A DNA stretch of 64,000 nt. It comes from an uncultured Pelagibacteraceae bacterium (GTDB lineage: Bacteria > Pseudomonadota > Alphaproteobacteria > Pelagibacterales > Pelagibacteraceae). The translations under genes were made by a program, and so were the position numbers. The first letter of the stretch is position 1. Every line of letters begins with the position of its first letter. The stretch is taken from contig CACPCD010000003.1 of NCBI GenBank assembly GCA_902632315.1, positions 135-64,134 on the forward strand, in the 5' to 3' direction. Positions 40,978 to 51,720 of this stretch are shown here, in pieces. The notes beneath the pieces were generated by a model. The model was not told the DNA's origin. It was given only the letters and a program-made list of their open reading frames with translations, and did not search any database.

Positions 40978-41925
40978 CTATTTTTGATTTAATATTTTTT
41001 TAGCTGAGTCAGTTTTTTTTATCCATGATTTAGGAATAGTATCCACTCCTTTTAAAGCTGCAAAATAAGCTCCAATAAAATTAACTCTGGAACAATTACA
41101 CCCTCCAGCCCTAATTGTTCTCAAAATTGCACTTTTATAATTTGTTGAATTAATAATTGAGTGAATTGAGCTATTGAAAGTTCCAGGATAGCTGCAGGCC
41201 ATTCCTAATTTTTTAACCACTATTGCGTGAGGTTTTGATTTGAGTCTTTTTACTCTTTTAATATCGTCAACAACATTCTTAAAGTATGAATCTTTTTTAA
41301 ACTTTTTTAAAAAATCATTTATGGGATCATTAGAACCCTTCAGAGCCAAATCTATTAGATAAAACTTAGCCAAAGCATACTTAAGACTTATTTTTGAAAC
41401 AGTAATTGTTGAAATAATTTTTTTTAAACTATTAAAATCATAACCATATAGAAAATAGGGTAGAGCAGCACAATAACCATCAGACTCGTTTACCTTAATA
41501 CCACCTGTTAATTTCTTTTTTGCCTTAATATTTTTAACTGTTTCAATAATATTTTGGTGTATCCAAGGCCCTTTAATAATACCTCGCCAATCTTTAACTT
41601 TTCTATATTTTGCCCTAAGATTAAGGTTTTTCCAATATACACTTCCTGGACCAAAGTTTTTTGTGATATTTTTTTTAAATCTTTCTTCTATATTTTCATG
41701 TCCCTCAACTAATGTTTTAAACATGACTTGACCAATTTCATTATATCCTGAAACTTTTCCAGTTTTAATTTTGTAGAAAGGACTTTTATTATTTTTTAAA
41801 AAAGTAAAATCTTTTTTCCCTTTTATGTAAGTTTGTAATTTTTTTTGATTATATACCCAATGAAGAGGTCTCGCCGCAGCATCAGCGACAGTAGCACCTA
41901 AAAAAACATGTAAATTATTTTTCAC
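40978..41925 (-). CDS. ADP-ribosylglycohydrolase-family protein (crystallin J1/selenoprotein J-like)
   Basis: GATVADAAARPLHWVY, GMACSYPG, IRAGGCNCSR..FIGA..AA..G...IP.SW; GTG start. Confidence 0.8.
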   Translation of the reverse strand: MKNNLHVFLGATVADAAARPLHWVYNQKKLQTYIKGKKDFTFLKNNKSPFYKIKTGKVSGYNEIGQVMFKTLVEGHENIEERFKKNITKNFGPGSVYWKNLNLRAKYRKVKDWRGIIKGPWIHQNIIETVKNIKAKKKLTGGIKVNESDGYCAALPYFLYGYDFNSLKKIISTITVSKISLKYALAKFYLIDLALKGSNDPINDFLKKFKKDSYFKNVVDDIKRVKRLKSKPHAIVVKKLGMACSYPGTFNSSIHSIINSTNYKSAILRTIRAGGCNCSRVNFIGAYFAALKGVDTIPKSWIKKTDSAKKILNQK

Positions 41926-41926
41926 T

Positions 41927-42871
41927 TTAATGAGACAAAAATTTTTCTGCCTCTAAAGCAGCCATGCAGCCCATTCCTGCCGCTGTTACTGCTTGTCTAA
42001 ATGTTTTATCTTTAACATCGCCAGCTGCATAAACACCCGGCACATTAGTTTCTGTAGAATCTGGCTTTGTAACCAAATATCCCTCAGTATCCATCTTTAG
42101 TTGATCTTTAAATAATTGGGTGGCAGGGTCGTGTCCAATCGCAATAAATAAACCATCTAATTTAAGTTCTTCAATTTTATTAGTCTTCACATTTTTAATC
42201 TTAATTCCTTTAACATTTTTTGGTTTTTGATCTCCAATTACATCTTCAACAACTGAATCCCAAATAATTTCTATTTTTTTATTTTCCATTAATTTTTTTT
42301 GTAGCATTTTCTCGGCTCTTAAACTATCTCTTCTATGAATGAGTTTAACTTTTGATGCAAACTTAGTTAAAAACATCGCTTCCTCTACTGCAGCGTTACC
42401 TCCACCAACTACAGCAACCTCTTTATCTTTAAAAAAGAAACCATCGCACGTTGCACAAGCTGAAACACCAAAACCTCTAAACTCTTGTTCAGATTTAATA
42501 TTTAGCCATCTAGCTTGAGCTCCAGTAGAAATTATAATGCTATCAGCAGTATATTTTTGACCACTATCACCTATCGCCTCAAAAGGTTTTGATTTTAAAT
42601 TAACCGAGCCTATATGATCCTCAACCATCTCAGTTCCAACAGCTTTAGCTTGTTCTTTCATTTGATCCATCAACCATGGACCCTGTATTACATCTGCAAA
42701 ACCTGGGTAGTTTTCAACATCAGTTGTTGTTGTTAGTTGTCCTCCAGGTTGAGCACCATGAACTAATATCGGGCTTAACATTGCTCTCGCTGCATAAACC
42801 GCAGCTGTGTATCCTGCTGGACCTGACCCAATTATTAACACTTTTGTGTGTTTAGTTGGATTTTGACTCAT
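41927..42871 (-). CDS. trxB: Thioredoxin reductase
   Basis: GSGPAG, GGQL, CATC, GGGNAA, HRRD, AAGDV. Confidence 0.98.
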   Translation of the reverse strand: MSQNPTKHTKVLIIGSGPAGYTAAVYAARAMLSPILVHGAQPGGQLTTTTDVENYPGFADVIQGPWLMDQMKEQAKAVGTEMVEDHIGSVNLKSKPFEAIGDSGQKYTADSIIISTGAQARWLNIKSEQEFRGFGVSACATCDGFFFKDKEVAVVGGGNAAVEEAMFLTKFASKVKLIHRRDSLRAEKMLQKKLMENKKIEIIWDSVVEDVIGDQKPKNVKGIKIKNVKTNKIEELKLDGLFIAIGHDPATQLFKDQLKMDTEGYLVTKPDSTETNVPGVYAAGDVKDKTFRQAVTAAGMGCMAALEAEKFLSH

Positions 42872-42892
42872 ATGAAAGCTATATAGTAATTA

Positions 42893-43843
42893 ATGACTAA
42901 ATTAAAAGGTATATTATTGACCGAGGGTATGCACGGTATGATAAGTCAAGTAGAGGGATTAGCAAGAGCTCTAGACCTGGATTTTATACACGAAAAGATT
43001 GAACTAAGCAGTTTTTGGAGACTTATTCCCCCTAAGTTAACGCCAGTTCAAAATTTTGTTTTTAAAAATAAAATTGAAAAAAATTTCAATATTGTTATCT
43101 CTTGTGGAAGAAAAAGTGTAATCCCCTCAATATTTTTAAAAAGAAAATTTAAAGATAAAATTATGAATATACATATTCAAGATCCCAAAGTATCCCTAAA
43201 AAACTTTGATTTCATTGTTGCACCAGAGCATGATGAAGTAATAGGACACAACGTTCTTACCACAAAAGGTGCAATACACTACCTAAGGAATGAGGAATTA
43301 GAGGAAAATGAGAATTATCTTAAAAATAGAATTTCTAAAGAAAAAATAGTAAGCATGATTGTTGGTGGACCTAATAAATACTATGATTACAATGAAAATT
43401 CGATAGATAAAATATTTTCAAAAATAAATGATAATTTTATTAAAGATGGTTACCAACTTATTTTCATACCTTCAATGAGGACACCAGCAAGAATTATTGA
43501 AAAAGCACAAAAGTATTTTAGCTCTGACGAGATTATAATTGATAATATAGATAAAAAAGCTTATTTATCTGCACTTAAATTGTCTGATCATATTATTGTT
43601 ATGTGCGACTCAACTTCAATGATTTCAGAGGCAGCTATGACTGGAAAGCCTATATATGTTGCACAAATGAAGCCAATCAGAGAAAATAAAAGGTTTAAAA
43701 GTTTTTTCAGATTATTTAAATCATTAAATATTATAAAAGATTTAGAAAATACAATAGAAGAATGGCAGTATGAAAGACTTTATGAAACTGATAAAATATC
43801 AAACTATATAAAGAATAAGATTAAAGATTATGATTTTTCTTAA
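42893..43843 (+). CDS. Mitochondrial-fission ELM1-family protein (DUF1022)
   Basis: GMISQVEGLA, ISCGRK, HIQDP, FD..VAPEHD, VGGP, SMRTP, DSTSMISEA..TGKP. Confidence 0.88.
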   Translation: MTKLKGILLTEGMHGMISQVEGLARALDLDFIHEKIELSSFWRLIPPKLTPVQNFVFKNKIEKNFNIVISCGRKSVIPSIFLKRKFKDKIMNIHIQDPKVSLKNFDFIVAPEHDEVIGHNVLTTKGAIHYLRNEELEENENYLKNRISKEKIVSMIVGGPNKYYDYNENSIDKIFSKINDNFIKDGYQLIFIPSMRTPARIIEKAQKYFSSDEIIIDNIDKKAYLSALKLSDHIIVMCDSTSMISEAAMTGKPIYVAQMKPIRENKRFKSFFRLFKSLNIIKDLENTIEEWQYERLYETDKISNYIKNKIKDYDFS

Positions 43844-44495
43844 TTCCATCATTAATAATTCAAAAAAACACGACTATCCTTTTGATCACTGGGAGTATAG
43901 TAATGCTCTTAGCAATGGTGCTATTCAGGAAATAATTAATGCTGACATTCCAGATGTAAGTAAACACAATCTGAATTATGATGGTACGAGAGCAATAGAT
44001 GGGGGTGCCGCTGAATTTAGAGAAGGAATAGCTTCAGGTGGAAAAGCTATAAAATTTAGATGTTTTATTACAAAGGAAAATGCACCAGAATTTCCTAATT
44101 TAGTAAAATTTATTAATGAACTTCAGACTATAGAAACTCATCAACAAATTTCAAAAATGATAGGTAAGGATCTGTCTAATTCATATGTAAGAGTTGAAGT
44201 AATTTGTGACCGAGAAGGATTTTGGTTAAAACCCCATTGTGATATTAAAGAAAAATTAATGTCTGGTTTAATATTTGTAAATAATGCTAATGAGTCAGAG
44301 GATTTAGGAACAGATTTTTATAATGAGAAAATGGAAAAGGTAAAAACTGTTCCTTACAAACATAATTATGGATATTTTTTTACAAGTGGCCCGAATACAT
44401 GGCATGGAATGGAAAAAAAAAAGATCGTCAAAGAAAGACGTTGTATTCAAGTGAATTATGTTACTTTTCAGACTGATTGGAAGGTAAATAAATAA
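43830..44495 (+). CDS. 2OG-Fe(II) oxygenase-family protein
   Basis: YPF.HW N-terminus, HxD (PHCD), LGTD, distal His (TWHG), R..IQVNY. Confidence 0.82.
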   Translation: MIFLNSIINNSKKHDYPFDHWEYSNALSNGAIQEIINADIPDVSKHNLNYDGTRAIDGGAAEFREGIASGGKAIKFRCFITKENAPEFPNLVKFINELQTIETHQQISKMIGKDLSNSYVRVEVICDREGFWLKPHCDIKEKLMSGLIFVNNANESEDLGTDFYNEKMEKVKTVPYKHNYGYFFTSGPNTWHGMEKKKIVKERRCIQVNYVTFQTDWKVNK

Positions 44496-44499
44496 ATTT

Positions 44500-44754
44500 T
44501 TACACCAGGCTTGAATATAAGCCCAACAAAATAAGAACAGTAAACATAAAACATATTCCTACTACTGCTTTAAGTTGGTCTCCATCTTCTTTTTCGTAGG
44601 ATTTATCATAAAGTTTCCAATAACCAAATTTGTTGATATCTAAATCATTAGAAATATTTGATTTACTTTCTTGGGGAAATTTTATTACATCAGCATTAAT
44701 AAGATTTTTCTTATCTAGTGAAGTCTCTATGTATTTATGTATTTCGGAACTCAT
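44500..44754 (-). CDS. Small hypothetical protein with a C-terminal TM helix
   Basis: 84-aa ORF filling otherwise empty space; hydrophobic C-terminus AVVGICFMFTVLILLGLY. Confidence 0.65.
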   Translation of the reverse strand: MSSEIHKYIETSLDKKNLINADVIKFPQESKSNISNDLDINKFGYWKLYDKSYEKEDGDQLKAVVGICFMFTVLILLGLYSSLV

Positions 44755-44895
44755 AGTTTAATTAAATAACAATTAATAAAATTTTTCAAATGACTATTAG
44801 TACTCACTGATCATTTTGAGCACAATAAAATAAAAAAAATTTTTTAATCTTCAACTCAGAAGTGAAATTATTTTATCAACTTTTAATTGAAAAAA

Positions 44896-47800
44896 TTATT
44901 TTTGGTCTTGTAATGAGGAAATATCTAATTTTATTTTCTTAAGAGATTTAATTCCACTTATACATGCTAGTGCAGTAGACATATTTGTACAATAAGGAAC
45001 TTTATTCTTAAGGGTTGCTCTTCTCAAAGCTATAGCATCATTGAGTCTGTGCTCACTATTTCCCCCGCCAGTATTAATTACTAGAGCAATTTTTTTGGAA
45101 TTCAAAACATCAACTATATGTGGTGATCCGCTACTAACTTTATTAATCATTTTACAATTCATCCCATGTTTTTTTATATAATCAGCTGTACCTTTCGTTG
45201 CACATAGTGAAAAATTAAGCTTTAATAATTCTTTCGCAAGTTCAATTCCTTCATCCTTATGAGAATCTTTTAATGATAAAAATGCTAGACCTTGTTTAGG
45301 CAATGAGTTGGATGATGCGATTTGACTTTTTGCATAAGCTAATCCAAAATTTCTATCAAAACCCATTACCTCACCGGTTGACTTCATCTCAGGACCTAGA
45401 AGTAAATCACTATTTGGAAATTTATTAAAAGGAAAAACAGCTTCTTTAACAGCATACATACCTTTAGACTTATCTTTAAGTTTAAATTTAGATAATTTCT
45501 CTCCAGCCATTACTCGTGAGGCAATTTTTGCTAGTGGCAATCCTTTTGCTTTTGAGACAAAAGGCACGGTTCTGCTTGCTCTTGGATTTACTTCAATTAC
45601 AAAAATTTCATCATTTTTAATTGCAAATTGAATATTCATAAAACCTTTAACCTTTAAAGCTATAGCCAAACTCTTTGCTTGATTTTCTATTTCTTTTATT
45701 AAATATGGTTTTATAGATATAGGTGGTATACAGCATGCAGAGTCACCTGAATGAATTCCAGCCTCTTCGATGTGTTGCATTATTCCAGCAACATATACTT
45801 GCTTTCCATCTGAAATTGCATCAACATCTACCTCCATCGCGTGATCAATAAACTTATCAATAAGAATTGGATTTTCTTCTGCAACTCTGAAAGCTTCTTG
45901 AACAAATTTTTTAAGTTGACTTTTTTCATGGACTATTTCCATTGCTCTTCCACCTAGAACATATGATGGTCTTACCATTAAAGGTAAACCAATTTTTTCT
46001 GAAATTTTTATTGCTTGTCTGAAAGTTTTCGCAATACCACTTTTTGCCTGTTTTAATTTTAATTTATTAAGAAGATTTCTAAATCTGTCTCTATCTTCTG
46101 CTAAATCTATAGAAGTATATTGAGTGCCTAAGATTGGAAGATTGTTTTCATGTAAAAATCTTGCAAGTTTGATTGGTGTTTGCCCACCAAATTGAGCAAT
46201 AATACCAATTAAGTTTCCTTTTTCCTTTTCTTTTTTAATTATATTAAAAACGTATTCTTCTTTTAGTGGCTCAAAGTACAATCTATCACTTGTATCATAG
46301 TCTGTAGAAACTGTCTCAGGATTACAATTTACCATGATTGTTTCAAATCCTGCTTCTTTAAGAGAAAAACTTGCTTGACAGCAGCAATAATCAAATTCAA
46401 TTCCTTGGCCTATTCTATTGGGCCCTCCACCTAAAATAATAATTTTTTTCTTTAATGATGGATCTGCTTCACACTCAGAATTAATTGAAAAATTCCTTTG
46501 ATATGTTGAGTACATGTAAGGGGTATATGATTTAAATTCAGCAGCACAAGTATCAACTTTTTTAAAAATTGGTAATATTTTAAGGGCTGATCTTTTTCTT
46601 CTTATTATCTCCTCAGAAACTTTGGTAAGTTCAGAAAGTTTTTGATCAGAAAAACCAATTGATTTTATTTTATTAAACTCCTCGAAATTTTTTGGAAGTC
46701 CTTTTTTCTTAATCATATTCTCGTTATCAACTATTTCCTTAATTTGTTCCAGAAACCAGGGATCAACTTTTGATAACTTATATATTTTATTTAAGTTGAT
46801 CTTTTTTCTTATTGCCTCAGCTATAAGCAATATTTTATTAGGAATATTTTCTCTAAGTTTTTTTTCAATTTTTGTTTTGCTAATATCAAATATTCTATCT
46901 AATCCTGAAAAACCAGTTTCTAAGGAGACCAATGCCTTTTGCAGAGATTCTTTGAAATTTCTACCAATAGCCATCGCTTCACCAACAGACTTCATTGAAG
47001 TTCCTAATGTAGCTGGGGAAGTTGAAAATTTTTCAAAAGTAAATCTTGGAATTTTTGTTACCACGTAATCAATACTTGGCTCAAACGATGCAGGTGTTAC
47101 TTTAGTAATTTCGTTTTTCAATTCATCTAGAGTATAGCCAATTGCTAACTTAGCTGCGACCTTCGCAATTGGAAAGCCAGTTGCTTTAGACGCAAGTGCC
47201 GAAGATCTTGAGACTCTTGGATTCATTTCAATAACTACCATTCGCCCATTATTAGGATTAATTGCAAATTGAACATTTGAGCCACCTGTTTCAACACCAA
47301 TTTTTCTTAGACATGCAATTGAGGCATTTCTCATTACTTGATATTCTTTGTCTGTTAAAGTTAGTGCAGGAGCGACTGTGACGGAGTCACCTGTGTGAAT
47401 ACCCATGGGATCTACATTTTCAATCGAGCAAACAATTATACAATTGTCTTTTTTATCTCTTACCACTTCCATTTCAAATTCTTTCCAGCCTTCTAAACAC
47501 TCTTCCACTAAAACTTGACTAACAGGAGACTCATGAAGACCACTTCTAATTATTTTAAGATATTCTTTTTTATTTTTGGCAATCCCACCTCCAAGACCTC
47601 CAAGTGTAAATGCTGGCCTTACGATTGCTGGTAATCCTATTTTTTTTAGTACTTTGGATGACTGATTAATATTATTTACAATTTCAGATTTTGGTAAATC
47701 TAAACCAATATCTATCATATTTTTTCTAAATTTTTTTCTATCCTCTGCGTTAGCAATTGCTTTAGAGTTTGCCCCTATTAGCTCTATTTTGTATTTCTTA

Positions 47801-48123
47801 AGAATTCCCTTTTTTTCTGCTTCCATTGCGAGATTAAGTGCAGTTTGCCCGCCCATCGTAGGTAAAATTGCATCTGGTTTCTCTTTAATAATAATTTTCT
47901 CTAAAATTTCTAAAGTAATTGGTTCGATATAAGTTTTATCTGCAATATCTGGATCAGTCATTATTGTTGCAGGATTTGAGTTAATTAAAATGACTTTATA
48001 GCCTTCATCTTTTAATGCTTTGCATGCTTGAGTTCCAGAATAATCAAATTCACAAGCTTGCCCAATAATGATTGGTCCAGCTCCAACAACTAATATTTTT
48101 TTAAGATCTTTTCTTTTTGGCAT
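44896..48123 (-). CDS. carB: Carbamoyl-phosphate synthase large subunit
   Basis: [15 protein letters not shown], two ATP-grasp halves, GIHSGDS, MGS domain. Confidence 0.99.
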   Translation of the reverse strand: MPKRKDLKKILVVGAGPIIIGQACEFDYSGTQACKALKDEGYKVILINSNPATIMTDPDIADKTYIEPITLEILEKIIIKEKPDAILPTMGGQTALNLAMEAEKKGILKKYKIELIGANSKAIANAEDRKKFRKNMIDIGLDLPKSEIVNNINQSSKVLKKIGLPAIVRPAFTLGGLGGGIAKNKKEYLKIIRSGLHESPVSQVLVEECLEGWKEFEMEVVRDKKDNCIIVCSIENVDPMGIHTGDSVTVAPALTLTDKEYQVMRNASIACLRKIGVETGGSNVQFAINPNNGRMVVIEMNPRVSRSSALASKATGFPIAKVAAKLAIGYTLDELKNEITKVTPASFEPSIDYVVTKIPRFTFEKFSTSPATLGTSMKSVGEAMAIGRNFKESLQKALVSLETGFSGLDRIFDISKTKIEKKLRENIPNKILLIAEAIRKKINLNKIYKLSKVDPWFLEQIKEIVDNENMIKKKGLPKNFEEFNKIKSIGFSDQKLSELTKVSEEIIRRKRSALKILPIFKKVDTCAAEFKSYTPYMYSTYQRNFSINSECEADPSLKKKIIILGGGPNRIGQGIEFDYCCCQASFSLKEAGFETIMVNCNPETVSTDYDTSDRLYFEPLKEEYVFNIIKKEKEKGNLIGIIAQFGGQTPIKLARFLHENNLPILGTQYTSIDLAEDRDRFRNLLNKLKLKQAKSGIAKTFRQAIKISEKIGLPLMVRPSYVLGGRAMEIVHEKSQLKKFVQEAFRVAEENPILIDKFIDHAMEVDVDAISDGKQVYVAGIMQHIEEAGIHSGDSACCIPPISIKPYLIKEIENQAKSLAIALKVKGFMNIQFAIKNDEIFVIEVNPRASRTVPFVSKAKGLPLAKIASRVMAGEKLSKFKLKDKSKGMYAVKEAVFPFNKFPNSDLLLGPEMKSTGEVMGFDRNFGLAYAKSQIASSNSLPKQGLAFLSLKDSHKDEGIELAKELLKLNFSLCATKGTADYIKKHGMNCKMINKVSSGSPHIVDVLNSKKIALVINTGGGNSEHRLNDAIALRRATLKNKVPYCTNMSTALACISGIKSLKKIKLDISSLQDQK

Positions 48124-49294
48124 TTTTTTTCATATTATCAATAAACTCTTGAAATAAATAAACACTATCTTGTGGTCCTGGGTTTGATTCAGGATGATAC
48201 TGGACTGAAAACACTGGTTTATTTTTTAACTTTATACCTTCGATGCTATCATCGAATAAAGATTTATGAGTGATTTCAATATTTTTTGGTAAATTTTCTT
48301 TAACTACTTCAAAACCATGATTTTGACTGGTGATTTCAACATTATTGTAAATTAAATTTTTAACAGGATGATTTGCACCTCTGTGACCTAGCTTCATCTT
48401 TTTTGTTCTACCACCTAACGTCAATGCAAGAATTTGGTGACCTAAACAGATACCAAATAATGGTAAATTTTTTTTTAACAAATCTTTTATGATACTAATT
48501 GCATATTTCCCTGTTGCAGCTGGATCTCCTGGCCCGTTTGAAAGAAATACACCATTTGGTTTGAGAGATAAAATTTTTTCAGCTGTTGTTTTGCAAGGAA
48601 CAACAGTTACTTTACAGTTAAAATCAGAGAAGTATCTTAAAATATTTTTCTTTATTCCATAATCAATCGCTATTACATGAAAGTAATTTTTGTGATTTTT
48701 TTTAAAGCCAGTTTCCTTTTTCCATGTTCGAAGACCTTTCCAAACATAATTTTTTGGTGTTGTAACTTTTTCTGCTAAATCAAGATTTTTCAATCCACTC
48801 CATTTAATTGTTGTGTTAGTTAATTTGCTGACATTAAATTTACCTTTTTTGTCATAAGCGATAGTCCCTTTTGGAGCACCTTTGTCTCTAATGAAATTAG
48901 TTAAACTTCTGGTATCTAAACCTGTAATTCCAACAATTTTATTTTTCTTTAGCCACTTATCTAAATGAGAGAGAGATCTGTAATTTGAAGGCGATGAAAT
49001 TTCTGCATTAAATATTACTCCTTTAGTCCATATCTTATCAGACTCGTAATCTTCTTTATTAGTTCCAACGTTACCTATATGTGGGAAAGTAAAGTTTATT
49101 ATTTGTCCTGCATATGATGGATCTGATATAATTTCCTGGTATCCCGTTAAAGCTGTATTAAAACAAACCTCCCCAGTTGCTTCTCCTTGATAACCAATTC
49201 CAATACCCTTAAAAACTGTCTTGTTTTCAAGAACTAAAATGCCTGTGTGAATTTGAGATTTTTTTGAGTTAGTTTTTTTTACTTTTTTTGTCAA
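48101..49294 (-). CDS. carA: Carbamoyl-phosphate synthase small subunit
   Basis: GYQE..DPSY, SNGPGDP, GICLGHQ, QYHPE; TTG start, exact position uncertain. Confidence 0.97.
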   Translation of the reverse strand: MTKKVKKTNSKKSQIHTGILVLENKTVFKGIGIGYQGEATGEVCFNTALTGYQEIISDPSYAGQIINFTFPHIGNVGTNKEDYESDKIWTKGVIFNAEISSPSNYRSLSHLDKWLKKNKIVGITGLDTRSLTNFIRDKGAPKGTIAYDKKGKFNVSKLTNTTIKWSGLKNLDLAEKVTTPKNYVWKGLRTWKKETGFKKNHKNYFHVIAIDYGIKKNILRYFSDFNCKVTVVPCKTTAEKILSLKPNGVFLSNGPGDPAATGKYAISIIKDLLKKNLPLFGICLGHQILALTLGGRTKKMKLGHRGANHPVKNLIYNNVEITSQNHGFEVVKENLPKNIEITHKSLFDDSIEGIKLKNKPVFSVQYHPESNPGPQDSVYLFQEFIDNMKKNAKKKRS

Positions 49295-49420
49295 TTACAA
49301 CTCATAAGTTAAAGGTTAATACAATAATTGATTTATAAGCGCAACAGAGATGTACTGTAAAATTGTAAAAAAACAATTTTTCTTTTGAAGAATTATTTCT
49401 TTAAAGTACATTAAAAAATT

Positions 49421-49885
49421 ATGTTATTAAAACAAACAATTGAAACTGAATATAAAAACGCATTAAAAGCTAAAGATAAATCAAAAATCTCAACTTATAG
49501 GCTAATTTTATCATCGATTAAGGATTTAGATATATCAAATAGATCCGGCCCAAATAAGAAAGAAACGGACGATGATGACATTAAAAAATTATTAAAAAAA
49601 ATGGTAAAACAAAGAGCCGAATCAATTGATATTTATAAAAAAAATAACAGAGTAGATCTTCTAGAGGTTGAGCAGAATGAATATGATATTTTATTAAGTT
49701 TTTTACCCAAGCAGCTTAGCGATGAAGAGACAAAAAAAATATGTGAAGGAATGATTTCAAAATTGAACGCCAATTCCATTAAAGATATGGGAAAAGTTAT
49801 GGGAGAATTAAAAAAACAATATGCAGATGAAATTGACTTTGCAAAAGCAGGAGGCCTGCTTAAACAATTATTAAATAAGTCATGA
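49421..49885 (+). CDS. GatB/YqeY domain protein
   Basis: KQRAESI..Y, FLPKQLS, KDMGKVMG; precedes dnaG. Confidence 0.92.
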   Translation: MLLKQTIETEYKNALKAKDKSKISTYRLILSSIKDLDISNRSGPNKKETDDDDIKKLLKKMVKQRAESIDIYKKNNRVDLLEVEQNEYDILLSFLPKQLSDEETKKICEGMISKLNANSIKDMGKVMGELKKQYADEIDFAKAGGLLKQLLNKS

Positions 49886-51654
49886 AATATCCAAAAGACT
49901 ATCTTGATGAAATAAAAACAAGACTCAAAGTTTCATCGGTAGTATCGAAAGTAGTAAGTTTGAAAAAAAGGGGCAAAGAATTTATTGGCCTTTCTCCCTT
50001 CAAAAACGAAAAAACCCCATCGTTTACAGTTAATGATGAAAAAGAATTTTATCATTGTTTTGCTACAGCAGAACATGGAAATATTTTTGACTTTGTAATG
50101 AAAACACAAAATTTAAGATTTGGTGAGGCTGTAAAATATTTAGCAAATCTCGCTGGCATGCAACCATATGTATTTTCTAAAAAAGATGAGGAAAGAGAGG
50201 AGAAATGGCAAATCTACTCTGCAATATTTTCTCGCTATGTTGATTTTTATCACAATGATCTTTTAAAAAATGAGGTTCATTCACTTGTGAGAGATTATCT
50301 AAAACAAAGATCGCTTAATAAAGATCAAGTTAAAATATTCAAAATTGGTTATGTAAATAAAAACCCAGAATTTTTTAAAGAATTAAAAAAAGATTTCCAA
50401 ATAAATGATCTTTTAGAAACTGGATTGTTTTATTTAGATGAAAAAAAAAATATTATTATTGAGAGATTTAAGGGTCGTTTAATTTTTCCAATTAACAATA
50501 TTTCTGGTCAGCCTATTGCTTTAGGTGGAAGAATAATTGAAAAAAGTGATTTCTTAGCAAAATATATTAATTCACCTGAAACTCAATTTTTTAAAAAAGG
50601 TTCAAATTTATATAATCTTGACTCAGCTCGAAAATTATCAAACAAAATTAATAACGTTTATTTAGTAGAAGGTTACATGGATGTAGTGGGTCTAAATAAA
50701 AATGGAATTGAAAATGCTGTAGCAAATCTTGGTACATCACTTACAGAAAAACAAATTTTTACTTTAAATCAGTTTTTTGAGGATATAATTATCTGTTTTG
50801 ATGGTGATGAAAGTGGTTATAAAGCAGCCTTAAGAGCTGCAGAAAATTCAATCAAAGATTTAAAACCAGAAAGGCAAATTTCATTTTTATTTTTACCTAA
50901 TAAAGAAGATCCTGACAGTTTTGTTAATAAAAATGGTAAAAACTATTTTATTGATTTTACTAAAAAAAATAAACTTCCAATTCATCAATTTATTTTTAGT
51001 CATTACAAAAAACAGACAAAAAATAATCCTTCTTCAATGGCTATTTTTGATAAAAAATTAAGAGATATCGCTGGTTCTATTAAAGATAATTTTATAAAAA
51101 AATATGTATTAGAATATTTTTTAGAAAAAATTTCAGATTTGACACCACATTCTTCAAATTTCAAAAAAAATACTTTTAGTAAAAAAGTAAAATCTTTAGA
51201 TGCTACTAAAAAAATTTTTAATGAGAGTAAATCGTTATCTGGAGTTGAATTAAAGGAATTTTCCTTACTTTACTTGATTATGAATAATTTGAAATTCACA
51301 AAAGATCATTTGTATTTATTCGAAAACATTAAACTTTTCACTGATATGAATAAACTTATTTATGAAAAAATTATTTCTAAATTAAGATCGGAAGATCTAA
51401 TCTCAATTGATCAATTAGGTATTGATGATCAGCTTATTGAAAAAATCAATAAATTTGCTCCTATAAAACATATATTAAAAAGCAAGTTTGATAGCGATGT
51501 TATAATTGATTTGTTGGATGATATTATAAGAGATCTTAATAATTATGATTTAGAGTTCAGAATTCAAGAATTAGAATCAAAATTTTCTCAAGATTTAAGT
51601 GAGACGACTTTTAATGAGCTAAAAGAGCTAAAAAAAAAGCAAAATATCAATTAA
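49882..51654 (+). CDS. dnaG: DNA primase
   Basis: EKTPSF, RLIFPI, AKYINSPET, VEGYMDV, FDGDESG, EDPD. Confidence 0.97.
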   Translation: MKYPKDYLDEIKTRLKVSSVVSKVVSLKKRGKEFIGLSPFKNEKTPSFTVNDEKEFYHCFATAEHGNIFDFVMKTQNLRFGEAVKYLANLAGMQPYVFSKKDEEREEKWQIYSAIFSRYVDFYHNDLLKNEVHSLVRDYLKQRSLNKDQVKIFKIGYVNKNPEFFKELKKDFQINDLLETGLFYLDEKKNIIIERFKGRLIFPINNISGQPIALGGRIIEKSDFLAKYINSPETQFFKKGSNLYNLDSARKLSNKINNVYLVEGYMDVVGLNKNGIENAVANLGTSLTEKQIFTLNQFFEDIIICFDGDESGYKAALRAAENSIKDLKPERQISFLFLPNKEDPDSFVNKNGKNYFIDFTKKNKLPIHQFIFSHYKKQTKNNPSSMAIFDKKLRDIAGSIKDNFIKKYVLEYFLEKISDLTPHSSNFKKNTFSKKVKSLDATKKIFNESKSLSGVELKEFSLLYLIMNNLKFTKDHLYLFENIKLFTDMNKLIYEKIISKLRSEDLISIDQLGIDDQLIEKINKFAPIKHILKSKFDSDVIIDLLDDIIRDLNNYDLEFRIQELESKFSQDLSETTFNELKELKKKQNIN

Positions 51655-51720
51655 TAATTTAAAATAATTAATGGATTTTTTATTAATTAGCACTATATAA
51701 GTCTTTCAAACAAATTTGCT

